Positions 8,367 through 18,839 of a stretch of DNA of 64,000 nucleotides are shown piece by piece. The stretch covers positions 2,848 through 66,847 of the forward strand of contig CAZVDF010000003.1 in NCBI GenBank assembly GCA_964626055.1, read 5' to 3'. Position 1 is the first letter of the stretch. Each line of letters begins with the position of its first letter. Origin of the DNA: an uncultured Leptospirales bacterium. Lineage in GTDB: Bacteria > Spirochaetota > UBA4802 > JAFGDQ01. Under the pieces are notes generated by a model. It did not search any database. It saw only the letters and a list, made by a program, of their open reading frames with translations, and was not told the DNA's origin. Made by a program: the position numbers and the translations under genes.

Positions 8367-8891
8367 AAATGATTTCATAACTGTTACATTCTCTCTTTAT
8401 TTATTCACTTTTCCCAACATTCCGGAATGAACCAAAAATATAAAAAAGGACGCCATTCCAGACGTCCGTACCATGAAACAAAAGAAAGTAAATTTATTAA
8501 AATTTAAATAAACACGATACTTTAAAATATAGTACTTATCTCAGAAAAATCATAATTTCAAACGGTCCGCAACGACTAAAAGTATATTTTCAAACAGACA
8601 TCTTTTTTATAATAATAATAGCAAACTTTTTCAGAATCAACATATTTTCAACTAAATATAAAATGGAATTATTACAAATATGTTAATTTTTTATTATCAC
8701 ATTTAAATTTAGCAATAACTAAATATATGAGAATAATTTTTGTAAAAGCAATAATAGAAGTATCAATTTGACCAGATGTTAAAAATACTGCAAATGACAT
8801 GATAGCATAATATCATTATTGAAATATCCACTGGAATCAGCTCTTGACACTGGAAGATCAAATTAATAAATAGCGGTTCTATTCTATAATA

Positions 8892-8916
8892 AAACCCCCG
8901 CTTTTAGCGGGGGTTT
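8892..8916 (-). terminator. Rho-independent terminator of gdhA
   Basis: AAACCCCCGC-TTTTA-GCGGGGGTTT hairpin. On the minus strand it is followed by a T-rich tract (TTTTATTATAG), about 40 nt after the gdhA stop. Confidence 0.7.
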
Positions 8917-8957
8917 GGGATTATTTCTCAGACCACTTTTTAAAGTAACAAATATTT

Positions 8958-10313
8958 TTATACAATGCCTGCCGCAAGCATTGATTTAGCGACCTTGATA
9001 AATCCGGCAATATTGGCGCCCATTACGTAATCGCCTTTTTTACCGTATGTCTCGGAAGCGCTCAGACACGCTTTGTGAATATTCTTCATGATTTCCTTTA
9101 ATCTGCTATCGACCTCTTCTCTGCCCCATGACAGTCTCATGCTGTTCTGCGACATTTCAAGTCCGGAGGTAGCAACACCGCCGGCATTTGCCGCTTTTCC
9201 CGGGCCGTATAGAATATTATTTTCCTGATATACTTTTATCGCTTCCGGCGCCGAAGGCATATTGGCTCCTTCCGAAACGCATACGCATCCGCTCTTAACC
9301 AGGCTCTCCGCATTCTTGCCGCTTATCTCGTTCTGAGTCGCAGACGGGAAAGCGACATCGACTTTTATGCCGTGCTCTCTTAATACATCCCATACGCTGA
9401 GACCGCTGAAATATTTTACGCCGTACTTGTCCGCATATTCCTTAATTCTGCCGCGTCTAATATTCTTTAAATCCATTATGAAAGTCAGCTTTGCTGAATC
9501 TATCCCTTTCTCGTCAATTATTGTTCCGTCGGAATCGCTTAGCGAAATCACTTTGCCTCCCAGCTGGTTGACCTTCTCAACAGTATACTGGGCCACATTA
9601 CCCGATCCGCTCACTGCGCATACCTTTCCTTTAAGATCCTGCTTCCTTGTCGTGAGCATTTCGGCAGCGAAATACGTCGCGCCGTATCCGGTAGCTTCGG
9701 GCCTGATCAGGCTTCCGCCGTATTCAAGCGCTTTTCCGGTAAGAACGCCGGTGTGCTCATTAACGATCTTTTTATAATAACCGAACATGTATCCTATTTC
9801 GCGACCGCCGACCCCGATATCTCCTGCAGGTACGTCCGTATCGGGCCCGATATACCTGAACAGCTCGCGCATGAAAGATTGCGTGAATTTCATGACTTCC
9901 ATGTCGGATTTGCCTTTCGGATCAAAATCCGACCCGCCCTTGGCTCCGCCCATAGGAAGCGTCGTGAGTGAATTTTTAAATATCTGCTCAAATCCTAAGA
10001 ATTTAATGATACCGAGATTGACCGACGGATGGAATCTGAGTCCTCCTTTATATGGTCCGATTGCATTGTTAAATTGAACTCTGAAGCCTCTATTAACCTG
10101 GGCTTCTCCTTTATCGTCAACCCATGGCACGCGGAACATTATCACCCTGTCGGGTTCAACAATCCTGTCATAGATCCTGGCCTTAACAAATTCCGGATGT
10201 TTCGTTATGGTAGGCTCAAGCGTGTGCATTACTTCTTCTACAGCCTGGTGGAATTCCTTTTGCTCAGGATCGCGTTTTTTGACTTTATCAATTAGTTCAC
10301 TGATTAACGACAT
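8958..10313 (-). CDS. gdhA: NADP-specific glutamate dehydrogenase
   Basis: 451 aa. Carries the GDH catalytic-region signature LPMGGAKGGSDFDPKGKSD, the dinucleotide-binding GSGNVAQY motif and a typical hexameric GDH length. Confidence 0.9.
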   Translation of the reverse strand: MSLISELIDKVKKRDPEQKEFHQAVEEVMHTLEPTITKHPEFVKARIYDRIVEPDRVIMFRVPWVDDKGEAQVNRGFRVQFNNAIGPYKGGLRFHPSVNLGIIKFLGFEQIFKNSLTTLPMGGAKGGSDFDPKGKSDMEVMKFTQSFMRELFRYIGPDTDVPAGDIGVGGREIGYMFGYYKKIVNEHTGVLTGKALEYGGSLIRPEATGYGATYFAAEMLTTRKQDLKGKVCAVSGSGNVAQYTVEKVNQLGGKVISLSDSDGTIIDEKGIDSAKLTFIMDLKNIRRGRIKEYADKYGVKYFSGLSVWDVLREHGIKVDVAFPSATQNEISGKNAESLVKSGCVCVSEGANMPSAPEAIKVYQENNILYGPGKAANAGGVATSGLEMSQNSMRLSWGREEVDSRLKEIMKNIHKACLSASETYGKKGDYVMGANIAGFIKVAKSMLAAGIV

Positions 10314-10569
10314 AATTTTACCCTTCCCTTGATTAAAATAGATTAATTATTTTAAAGCTAGAATATCCATAAAAATTTATTTTTCATTCATGTCAACAAA
10401 TATAGGTTACGGCACAGACCTGTTTGTTACGAATATGTTAAATTTTAACATATTCGTAATATGTATTAATATTTGCTTTTCAATATGGAAAAAATAATGT
10501 AGCATAGCAAACATTAATCAATAAAATATTTATGAATCATTCCGGGAAGAGCTTCGGATAAAAAAAATT

Positions 10570-13158
10570 ATGGCATCAGCAATTACTGTCAGTACAGGCC
10601 TTGAAGGTCTTGATAATATATTAAATAATCTGCATCTCGGGGATAACGTCGTCTGGCAGGTTGACTCGATAGAGGATTATAAACATTTTTTAACTCCATA
10701 TATAAATAACGCGCTTCAAAACAATAGAAAAATAATTTATTTCAGGTTCGCCAACCACGAACCGCTCATAATAGACGACGACCGCATTCATGTTTTCAAT
10801 CTCAATGCATACAGCGGATTCGAATCCTTCTCTAAAAAAATATACACCATCATAACCGAGATGGGAGAAGAAGCGTTTTATGTTTTCGACTGCCTGTCTT
10901 CGCTGCTTTCCGCATGGGCTACGGATTTAATGATAGGCAACTTTTTCGTCATTACCTGCCCTTACCTGTATAAACTGAACACGCTCGCATATTTCGCCAT
11001 ATACCGCAACTTCCACAATTATAAAACGATCGCTCGGATCAGGGAGACCACACAGGTGCTCATTGACGTTTACAGCAATAATAATAATTTTTATGTGCAT
11101 CCTCTTAAAGTGGAGAACCGCTATTCGCCTACGATGTTTTTCCCGCATTTCAGCGAAGAAGATCGATTCATCCCGATTACGAACAGCAACGACGCGGTCA
11201 ATTTTATAAACTTTATACAGAAAAGAGATGCGGAAAGCACACTGCGAAAGCTCGATTTCTGGGACCAGCTTTTCCTTGACGCCGAGAACCTGTTAAAGAG
11301 TCGAGCGTCCCTGGATGATAAGAAAAAAATGGTGGAACAATTATGCAGGGTGATGATCGGACGCGATGAAAGGATTTTAAAACTCGCAAAGGACAATTTT
11401 ACGCTCGAATTCATGCTTTCGTTAAAAGACAGGCTGATAGGAACGGGATTCATCGGCGGAAAATCCGTGGGGCTTCTTATTTCCAGGATGATACTCCATA
11501 ATGATACCGGGCGCGACTGGAACAGCCTTCTTGAACCTCATGACTCTTATTACATCGGATCGGACGTCTTTTATTCATATATAGTCCAGAACGGCTGGTG
11601 GGAGCTCTTCATGAAACAAAAATCCCCCGATCATTACTTCAGCGCCGCGCGTGAACTGCAGGGAAAAATGCTTGAAGGAGATTTCCCCGACCAGGTAAAG
11701 GAGCAGCTACAGTATGTTATTGAATATTTCGGACAGTCGCCGATCATAATCCGCTCAAGCAGCCTCCTTGAAGACGCCTACGGCAACGCATTTGCGGGCA
11801 AATACGAAAGTTTTTTCTGTGTGAACCAGGGATCGCCTCCCAAACGCTACAAGGACTTCATGGAAACTGTACGCCGGATCTACGCGAGCACAATGAATGA
11901 AGACGCCCTTTCTTACAGGCTGCAGCGCGGCCTCGACCAGATGGACGAGCAGATGGCTCTTCTCGTAATGCGCGTCTCGGGCACTCATCATAAAAACTAT
12001 TTTTTCCCGGACATGGGCGGGGTGGGGCTTTCATACAATACTTACGTATGGAACACGGACATTAAACCGGAATCCGGTATGCTGCGCCTTGTCTACGGAC
12101 TGGGAACCCGGGCTGTAGGCCGCGTGGAGGGGGATTACCCGCGTATTGTAGCGCTCGATTCTCCTGAAACGCTTCCCCTTGCGAATCAGGACGATCTTAG
12201 AAGATTTTCCCAGCATAAAGTCGATATACTCGATATTACGGAAAATAATCTTAAGACCATATCGTTCAACGACCTTATAAAGGAACAGTTAAATTTAAAC
12301 CTTGATTACATTGCGGAAAAAGACCTCGATGCTTTTCAGAAGATGAAAGACCTGGGAATCGAAGGACCCGAGCCGTGGATCATTAATTACAGGCGACTGT
12401 TCAACGATACATCATTTACGGAAGACATGAAACAGGTGCTGAAAAGGATAGAACGTGTTTATAACTATCCGGTAGATATAGAATTCACCGTGAACTTTAC
12501 TTCTCAGAATCAATACAGAATTAATCTTCTCCAGTGCAGGCCGCACCAGATAGCGGGCATGGACGGCCATGTTAAAATTCCGGAAAACATACATCAGAAA
12601 AAAATAATCTTTAAATCAAAAAGCAATTTCCTCGGAGGCAGCGTTTCACGGCCCATAAAGCAGGTCATTTACATTGATCCGACCGGCTACAACGACCTTG
12701 TAATCGCGGAAAAACACAACATCGCGCGTCTAATAGGCAAGCTGAACAGGCAAATAACCGACTGCGAGAACCGGCAGACAATGCTTCTCGGGCCCGGACG
12801 TTGGGGAACAACAACGCCTTCCCTCGGAGTGCCGGTGCGTTTTGCGGAGATAAACAACGTGAGAGTCCTGGTCGAGATCGCGCGCATGAGCGAAGATATA
12901 TTGCCGGAGCTCTCTTTCGGGAGCCATTTCTTCCTTGACCTGGTGGAAACTAATATTTTTTACATCGCCCTGTTCCCGGAAAATAAAGATGTATTTTTTA
13001 ATATCGATTATCTGAACGGCTGTGAAAATCGGCTGGCGGACCTCATCCCGGAAGACAGGCATTACGAAAACATCGTCAGGGTCTGTGACTTCACCTCGTC
13101 ATCGGTGCATCTGATGTCCGATATTATATCCCAGAATGTGGTGTGCTTTAATAAATAA
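10570..13158 (+). CDS. PEP/pyruvate-binding (PPDK_N, ATP-grasp) domain protein with an N-terminal degenerate KaiC/RecA-like domain
   Basis: The central and C-terminal region matches PEP synthase/PPDK N-terminal domain motifs (GGKSVGLL, IIRSSSLLEDAYGNAFAGKYESF, VDIEFTV...LLQCRP). No phosphohistidine or PEP-utilising domains are present. The N-terminus STGLEGLDNILNNLHLGDNVVWQV resembles the KaiC/RadA family N-terminus but has no Walker A motif. Confidence 0.55.
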   Translation: MASAITVSTGLEGLDNILNNLHLGDNVVWQVDSIEDYKHFLTPYINNALQNNRKIIYFRFANHEPLIIDDDRIHVFNLNAYSGFESFSKKIYTIITEMGEEAFYVFDCLSSLLSAWATDLMIGNFFVITCPYLYKLNTLAYFAIYRNFHNYKTIARIRETTQVLIDVYSNNNNFYVHPLKVENRYSPTMFFPHFSEEDRFIPITNSNDAVNFINFIQKRDAESTLRKLDFWDQLFLDAENLLKSRASLDDKKKMVEQLCRVMIGRDERILKLAKDNFTLEFMLSLKDRLIGTGFIGGKSVGLLISRMILHNDTGRDWNSLLEPHDSYYIGSDVFYSYIVQNGWWELFMKQKSPDHYFSAARELQGKMLEGDFPDQVKEQLQYVIEYFGQSPIIIRSSSLLEDAYGNAFAGKYESFFCVNQGSPPKRYKDFMETVRRIYASTMNEDALSYRLQRGLDQMDEQMALLVMRVSGTHHKNYFFPDMGGVGLSYNTYVWNTDIKPESGMLRLVYGLGTRAVGRVEGDYPRIVALDSPETLPLANQDDLRRFSQHKVDILDITENNLKTISFNDLIKEQLNLNLDYIAEKDLDAFQKMKDLGIEGPEPWIINYRRLFNDTSFTEDMKQVLKRIERVYNYPVDIEFTVNFTSQNQYRINLLQCRPHQIAGMDGHVKIPENIHQKKIIFKSKSNFLGGSVSRPIKQVIYIDPTGYNDLVIAEKHNIARLIGKLNRQITDCENRQTMLLGPGRWGTTTPSLGVPVRFAEINNVRVLVEIARMSEDILPELSFGSHFFLDLVETNIFYIALFPENKDVFFNIDYLNGCENRLADLIPEDRHYENIVRVCDFTSSSVHLMSDIISQNVVCFNK

Positions 13159-13160
13159 TT

Positions 13161-13190
13161 CACCGGCTCCGGAGGCTTTTTTACTTAATA
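13161..13190. terminator. Weak hairpin plus T6 between the convergent PPDK_N-like gene and carB
   Basis: CACCGGCTCCGGAGGC is followed by TTTTTT. The stem is poor, so this is a low-confidence terminator. Confidence 0.3.
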
Positions 13191-16100
13191 TCCTTATGAT
13201 AAGCCTGTATCGATTTTACATCGCCCGCGCCATTTCTTTTTAAATATTCCCTGATGCCCTCGGCAGCCGCTTTTGCCGCTGCGGCGGTAGTGATGTACGG
13301 GATCTTGTATTTAATGGCAGCTTTCCTTATATATGAATCGTCGTACATGCTGCTTTTCCCTATGGGCGTATTTATTATAAGATCAATTTCTTTATTATGA
13401 ATGGCATCCACAATATTCGGCCTGCCTTCGTAAACCTTTTTGATATAAGTCGAAGAAATTTTATTCCCTTCAAAAAATTTATGCGTGCTTTCCGTAGCAA
13501 TTATTTTAAAGCCCAGCTTGCTTAATGTACGGGCGGCCTCAAGAATATCTTTTTTATCCCTGTCAGTGACCGTTATAAGCACGCTGCCCTTAAAAGGCAG
13601 CCTTTGCCCCGCAGCTTCCTGCGATTTAAAGAATGCCAGCCCGAACGAGTCCGCGATGCCGAGAACCTCTCCCGTGGATTTCATTTCAGGGCCAAGCGTA
13701 GGGTCGACTTCAGGGAACATATTGAACGGGAATACGGACTCTTTGATGCCGACATGCGGATATGTTTTATGTTTAAGCCTTAAATCTTTCAGCTTTTTGC
13801 CCATCATCAGCTGCGTTGCTATTCTTGCCATCTGCACTCCTGTAACCTTGGACACAAGCGGGACTGTGCGGCTTGCCCTCGGATTTGCTTCGAGAATGTA
13901 AACCACATCGTCAGCGATTGCATATTGAATATTCATGAGACCGGCAACCCTGAGTTCAATCGCAAGCTTTTTTGTGTATTCATTTATTGTATCAATATGT
14001 TTTTTTGAAAGAGTGCGCGGAGGGATCGCGCAGGCGCTGTCTCCCGAATGTATGCCCGCAAGCTCAATGTGCTCCATAACAGACGGTATAAACGCGTCAT
14101 CCCCGTCCACAACCGCGTCGGCCTCCGCTTCGATGGCGTCCTCCAGGAATTTGTCTATAAGAACCGGACGGCCCGGGGAAATATCTATAGCGGCGTTTAT
14201 ATAAGCGGTCAGCATTTCATCGTCATACACAATTTCCATGCCCCTTCCGCCGAGCACGTACGACGGTCTGACCATCAATGGATAACCGATTCTCTTTGCG
14301 GCCGCAAGCGCTTCTTCAAGATTCACCGCAGTATCGCTTTCGGGCTGGGGTATGCCGAGCTTATGAATTACGTTTTTAAAACGCTTCCTGTCTTCAGCCA
14401 GGTCGATGCTGTCTGTGGATGTGCCGAGTATACTCACTCCGGCCTCTTCGAGCTCCCTGGCAATATTAAGAGGCGTCTGCCCGCCGAACTGCACTATGAC
14501 ACCCGCCGGCTTCTCGTTTAAATAAATGCTGAGAACGTCTTCCACAGTAAGAGGCTCGAAATATAGCCTGTCTGATGTATCGTAATCAGTGGATACTGTT
14601 TCAGGATTGCAGTTGACCATTATAGATTCATATCCTTCGTCCCTTAAAGTAAAAGCTGCGTGAACGCATGTATAGTCGAATTCGATGCCCTGCCCTATCC
14701 TGTTGGGCCCTCCGCCGAGTATCATCACTTTTGGCTTGTCGCTCGGCCTCACTTCGTTTGGGGCATTATATGTTGAATAATAGTAGGCGGCATCCGCGCC
14801 GCTAACCGGCACGGCGCACCATGCTTCGGTTTTTCCGAGAGAAGTTCTTTTATCTCTGATTACTTTTTCGCTTATACCAAGGATCTGGGCCAGGTATCTG
14901 TCCGAAAATCCGTCTTCCTTTGCCTTTATTAACAGTCTGTCAGGGGGTACATTCCCTCTGTGCTTTAATATCTCTTCTTCGAGCTCCACAAGCTCTTTCA
15001 TCTGATTAATGAACCAGTGCTTGATTTTCGTTTTTTCGAACAATTCATCGACAGACGCGCCTTTCCTCAACGCTTCGTACATTATGAATTGTCTTTCGGA
15101 CGACGGCTCCTTTAGCAGCACCATCAGGTCGTTCAACGGAAGCCGGTTGAAATTTTTTGCGAAGCCGAGCCCGTAGCGCTTGTTCTCCAGCGACCTGATC
15201 GCTTTCTGGAAAGCTTCTTTGTACGTCTTGCCGATGCTCATAACCTCGCCCACAGCCTTCATCTGCGTGCCCAGCTTATCCTCGGCTTCCTTGAATTTCT
15301 CAAATGCCCAGCGCGCGAATTTAATGACTACATAGTCCCCGGACGGGGTGTATTTATCCAGAGTGCCTTCCCTGTAATACGGGATATCCTTAAGCGTGTA
15401 CCCTCCGGCAAGCTTTGCCGAAATGAGCGCAATCGGGAAACCGGTCGCTTTGGAAGCAAGCGCGGACGAGCGCGAAGTTCTGGGATTTATCTCGATGACC
15501 ACAACGCGCCCGTCAGCAGGATTGTGCGCGAACTGTATGTTGGTGCCGCCGATCACCTGGATGGCTTCAACGATTCTGTAAGAATACTCCTGCAGCTTCT
15601 TCTGCAGATCTTCGGAGATCGTCAGCATGGGAGCGGCGCAGTACGAATCGCCTGTATGCACTCCCATGGGATCGATATTCTCGATAAAGCAGACGGTTAT
15701 CATTTTATTATCGGCATCGCGGACGACCTCCAGCTCAAGTTCTTCCCAGCCGAGCACCGACTCTTCAATCAGCACCTGGCCTATAAGGCTGGCGGATATT
15801 CCCCTGCTAACGATTGCGTTCAGCTCTTCTTTATTGTACGCAATGCCCCCGCCGGTGCCTCCCATAGTATATGCTGGCCTTATGATGACCGGGAATCCAA
15901 GCTTCTCGGCAATAGCAAGCGCTTCTTCGTAGGAATACGCAAGTTCGCTTTTCGGCATAGGAATATTGAGCCCGTTCATGGTCTTTTTAAACTCGTTTCT
16001 GTCTTCGCCGCGTTCTATGGCATCCGCCTGAACGCCGATTATACGCACGCCGTATTTTTCAAGTATCCCGCGCTTCGAGAGCTCAGAGGATAAATTAAGC

Positions 16101-16393
16101 CCGGTCTGTCCGCCGAGATTCGAAAGCAAGCCCTGCGGTTTTTCCTTTTTAATGATTTTTTCAAGGACTTCTATTGTCAGCGGCTCAACGTATGTGGCAT
16201 CCGCCATCCCGGGATCGGTCATGATTGTGGCGGGATTGGAATTGACAAGAACGATCCTGTAGCCTGCGGCTCTCAGCGCTTTGCAGGCCTGTGTGCCCGA
16301 GTAGTCGAACTCGCATGCCTGTCCGATAATTATCGGGCCCGAACCGATAATTAAAACTTTATCAATGCCGTTAATTTTATGCATTTGTTTCAT
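13181..16393 (-). CDS. carB: Carbamoyl-phosphate synthase large subunit
   Basis: 1070 aa with duplicated ATP-grasp halves. Canonical N-terminus KVLIIGSGPIIIGQACEFDYSGTQACKALR and the repeat MILGGGPNRIGQGIEFDYTCVHAA. There is an MGS-like C-terminal domain. Confidence 0.95.
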   Translation of the reverse strand: MKQMHKINGIDKVLIIGSGPIIIGQACEFDYSGTQACKALRAAGYRIVLVNSNPATIMTDPGMADATYVEPLTIEVLEKIIKKEKPQGLLSNLGGQTGLNLSSELSKRGILEKYGVRIIGVQADAIERGEDRNEFKKTMNGLNIPMPKSELAYSYEEALAIAEKLGFPVIIRPAYTMGGTGGGIAYNKEELNAIVSRGISASLIGQVLIEESVLGWEELELEVVRDADNKMITVCFIENIDPMGVHTGDSYCAAPMLTISEDLQKKLQEYSYRIVEAIQVIGGTNIQFAHNPADGRVVVIEINPRTSRSSALASKATGFPIALISAKLAGGYTLKDIPYYREGTLDKYTPSGDYVVIKFARWAFEKFKEAEDKLGTQMKAVGEVMSIGKTYKEAFQKAIRSLENKRYGLGFAKNFNRLPLNDLMVLLKEPSSERQFIMYEALRKGASVDELFEKTKIKHWFINQMKELVELEEEILKHRGNVPPDRLLIKAKEDGFSDRYLAQILGISEKVIRDKRTSLGKTEAWCAVPVSGADAAYYYSTYNAPNEVRPSDKPKVMILGGGPNRIGQGIEFDYTCVHAAFTLRDEGYESIMVNCNPETVSTDYDTSDRLYFEPLTVEDVLSIYLNEKPAGVIVQFGGQTPLNIARELEEAGVSILGTSTDSIDLAEDRKRFKNVIHKLGIPQPESDTAVNLEEALAAAKRIGYPLMVRPSYVLGGRGMEIVYDDEMLTAYINAAIDISPGRPVLIDKFLEDAIEAEADAVVDGDDAFIPSVMEHIELAGIHSGDSACAIPPRTLSKKHIDTINEYTKKLAIELRVAGLMNIQYAIADDVVYILEANPRASRTVPLVSKVTGVQMARIATQLMMGKKLKDLRLKHKTYPHVGIKESVFPFNMFPEVDPTLGPEMKSTGEVLGIADSFGLAFFKSQEAAGQRLPFKGSVLITVTDRDKKDILEAARTLSKLGFKIIATESTHKFFEGNKISSTYIKKVYEGRPNIVDAIHNKEIDLIINTPIGKSSMYDDSYIRKAAIKYKIPYITTAAAAKAAAEGIREYLKRNGAGDVKSIQAYHKDIK

Positions 16394-16586
16394 TTGAGAA
16401 TATTCCTGTAAGGTGGGATTTTGCGAAGAATACTATTAAAATTCTTTTATTCCAGTCAAGTAAAGTTTAACAACAGTAATTTTTTATTTTTTCTTCCAAA
16501 AAGCGGCTTGACATGATTTGCATGTTTTCCTGAGATTACTTAAAATGGATTAAATTCAAGTTTTAAATTGATTATTAAAATTTTTT

Positions 16587-16615
16587 TTGAAATATCTCAT
16601 TAAAATTACTATAAT
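16587..16615 (+). promoter_or_regulatory. Sigma-70-type promoter TTGAAA-17-TATAAT upstream of the moxR-like operon
   Basis: TTGAAA at 16587-16592, a 17 nt spacer, TATAAT at 16610-16615, about 110 bp upstream of the ATG at 16724. Read directly from the sequence. Confidence 0.5.
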
Positions 16616-16723
16616 TAGTTATTAGTGAACAATGATTTTCCCCGCTGCGAGCAGAGAAAAAACAAAGATTTGCCTCACTAAAATGAATTATTACCGGAAA
16701 CCGAAAACAATAAGGAGTAGAAA

Positions 16724-17572
16724 ATGCATAAAGAAAATAAACATAAAGAATTCGCCGGAGCTTCAAAATATGTTCTGGATGAGGAGCTTGCAAAGATCGT
16801 GAACATATCGATGGCTCTTGAAATGCCTCTTCTATTAAAAGGCGAGCCCGGAACCGGAAAGACAATGCTGGCGCACGCAATTGCCGAAGCCACAGGCATG
16901 AAACTGACTATACTTAATGTAAAATCGAGCATGAAACTAATTGATGCTCTTTATCAGTATGATACGCTTACGCGATTGAACGATAGCCGTTTCGGCGATT
17001 CTCAAAGAGACGTGAGCAATATTGAAGAATATATAAAAATGGGCAAGATAGGGCAATCCTTTGTTTCGGAAGAACGGGTAATCCTTCTGATAGACGAGAT
17101 AGATAAGGCCGATACGGATTTTCAGGACGATATGCTCGACGTTCTGGACCAGATGGAATTCGACATCATTGAGATCGATAAAACCATTAAAGCAAAGCAT
17201 AGACCCGTTATCATCATTACATCAAACGCAAAGAAAGACCTGTCCGATCCTTTCCTCGGAAGATGCAACTTCCACCATATAGCGTTTCCCGAACCCGATA
17301 TGATGAGAAGGATCGTTCATGTACATTTCCCGGATATAGACAAGGAATTGCTCGAAAGCGCCGTAAGGACATTCTACAACCTCAGGGACATAAGAGGAAT
17401 TGAAAAGAAACCTGCAACACGTGAATTAATTAACTGGATTAGAGCGCTGAAGGCCGATCCCGATTTCAAGGTTAAAAACCTTAAAGACGAGGTACCGTTT
17501 CTGGGAATATTGTTTAAGAAAAGCCCGGACTATATGATGGCGCAGCATACTGTATCAAGGACGAAAAATTAA
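16724..17572 (+). CDS. MoxR-family AAA+ ATPase
   Basis: 282 aa. Walker A GEPGTGKT, Walker B LLIDEIDKA and conserved MoxR spacing. The ALEMPLLLKGEPGTGKTMLA region matches the MoxR/RavA subfamily. Confidence 0.85.
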   Translation: MHKENKHKEFAGASKYVLDEELAKIVNISMALEMPLLLKGEPGTGKTMLAHAIAEATGMKLTILNVKSSMKLIDALYQYDTLTRLNDSRFGDSQRDVSNIEEYIKMGKIGQSFVSEERVILLIDEIDKADTDFQDDMLDVLDQMEFDIIEIDKTIKAKHRPVIIITSNAKKDLSDPFLGRCNFHHIAFPEPDMMRRIVHVHFPDIDKELLESAVRTFYNLRDIRGIEKKPATRELINWIRALKADPDFKVKNLKDEVPFLGILFKKSPDYMMAQHTVSRTKN

Positions 17573-17623
17573 TATAGCTCGCCAGACAGCCGTAATTAAA
17601 AATTTTGGATATTAAAAAATATT

Positions 17624-18826
17624 ATGTTCGTTGAGTTCTTTTTTTTATTGAAAAAAGTCGGGATACCGATCTCTCCTACTTCCTTCCTCAGGCTGCACAA
17701 AGCCCTGAGCATGGGAATAATTAATTCAATTGATGATTTTTATACCGGCGCCCGGACCATCCTTGTCAAAAGCGAAAAATATTTTGATCTCTACGACCAG
17801 GTTTTCGCTCATCACTTCAAAGGCGTTGAGCTCAAGGATCCGGAAGAATTCGAGCTGGCAGAAATTGCCAGAGCAATGCTGAATGAATGGCTAAAAGACC
17901 CTAAAGCATTTGCGGACGCGCTCGGTATAGACGAAAAAGAACTGCTTAAATTAAGCCCGGAAGAACTTATGAAGTATTTTCTCGACCGCCTGAAGGAGCA
18001 GAAAGAAGAACATCATGGCGGGAAAAAATGGATAGGGACGGGCGGATTCTCGCCTGTCGGGCATTCGGGCTATAATCCCGGCGGGATGAGAGTAGGCGGT
18101 GTTTCCAGAAACAAATCCGCAGTTAAAGTCGCGCTTGACCGCAGGTATCGCGATTACTCACAGATGGGACCCATGACATCATCGCAGATCGGCGAGGCGT
18201 TAAAAAGACTTCGCAACATGGTACCGCACGGACCGAAGGACAGGGTTAATATTGACAAAACCATCTATGAAACGATGAAAAAAGCCGGCGAGATCGAAAT
18301 AATCTACGACCGCAGCTTAAAGGACAAGCTTAAAGTCATACTTGCGATCGATAACGGCGGATGGTCGATGGATCCTTACATAGAACTCGTGCAGATCCTT
18401 TTTAACTACGCGCGCGCACAATTCAAAGACCTTAAAACATTCTTCTTTCATAACACAATTTACGAGAACCTGTGGGAGGATCCGCAGAGACGTTCAAAGC
18501 CTTTCCATGTGGATGAACTTGTGCGGCTGGATCCGGAGACGAGATTTATTATTGTCGGAGATGCGAGCATGGCTCCATACGAGCTCTCGAACCCGCACGG
18601 ATCTATTTATTTTGAAGAGCGCTCCTCAACGTCCGGGAAGTCCAGTGAAGAGAGGCTTAGATTCATTGCCAGGACATTCAAGCATTCCGTCTGGCTGAAT
18701 CCCGTAATGGCTCAGGAATGGCAGTACACTCACACCATACGCTATATCCGGGAAATATTCCCCATGTTTGAGCTGACTCTGGAGGGGCTCGAGAAAGCCG
18801 TTACTTATATTATGAAAAAAAACTGA
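17624..18826 (+). CDS. VWA domain protein, CoxE-like (MoxR partner)
   Basis: 400 aa. The C-terminal half has a VWA-like Rossmann region (KVILAIDNGGWSM...RFIIVGDASM). The architecture and the pairing directly downstream of MoxR are typical of the VWA_CoxE family. Confidence 0.7.
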   Translation: MFVEFFFLLKKVGIPISPTSFLRLHKALSMGIINSIDDFYTGARTILVKSEKYFDLYDQVFAHHFKGVELKDPEEFELAEIARAMLNEWLKDPKAFADALGIDEKELLKLSPEELMKYFLDRLKEQKEEHHGGKKWIGTGGFSPVGHSGYNPGGMRVGGVSRNKSAVKVALDRRYRDYSQMGPMTSSQIGEALKRLRNMVPHGPKDRVNIDKTIYETMKKAGEIEIIYDRSLKDKLKVILAIDNGGWSMDPYIELVQILFNYARAQFKDLKTFFFHNTIYENLWEDPQRRSKPFHVDELVRLDPETRFIIVGDASMAPYELSNPHGSIYFEERSSTSGKSSEERLRFIARTFKHSVWLNPVMAQEWQYTHTIRYIREIFPMFELTLEGLEKAVTYIMKKN

Positions 18827-18839
18827 TGAGCATAAAATC

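Noticed and set aside
8160-8950. Possible CRISPR array in the long AT-rich intergenic region
   Set aside because: No regularly spaced direct repeats are present. The only repeats are two inverted GC-rich hairpins, which I interpret as MITE ends.
16508-16536. Second promoter TTGACA-17-TGAGAT upstream of moxR
   Set aside because: The -35 is a perfect TTGACA but the -10 (TGAGAT) is poor. The downstream TTGAAA-17-TATAAT at 16587-16615 is the better candidate, so this one stays a note only.
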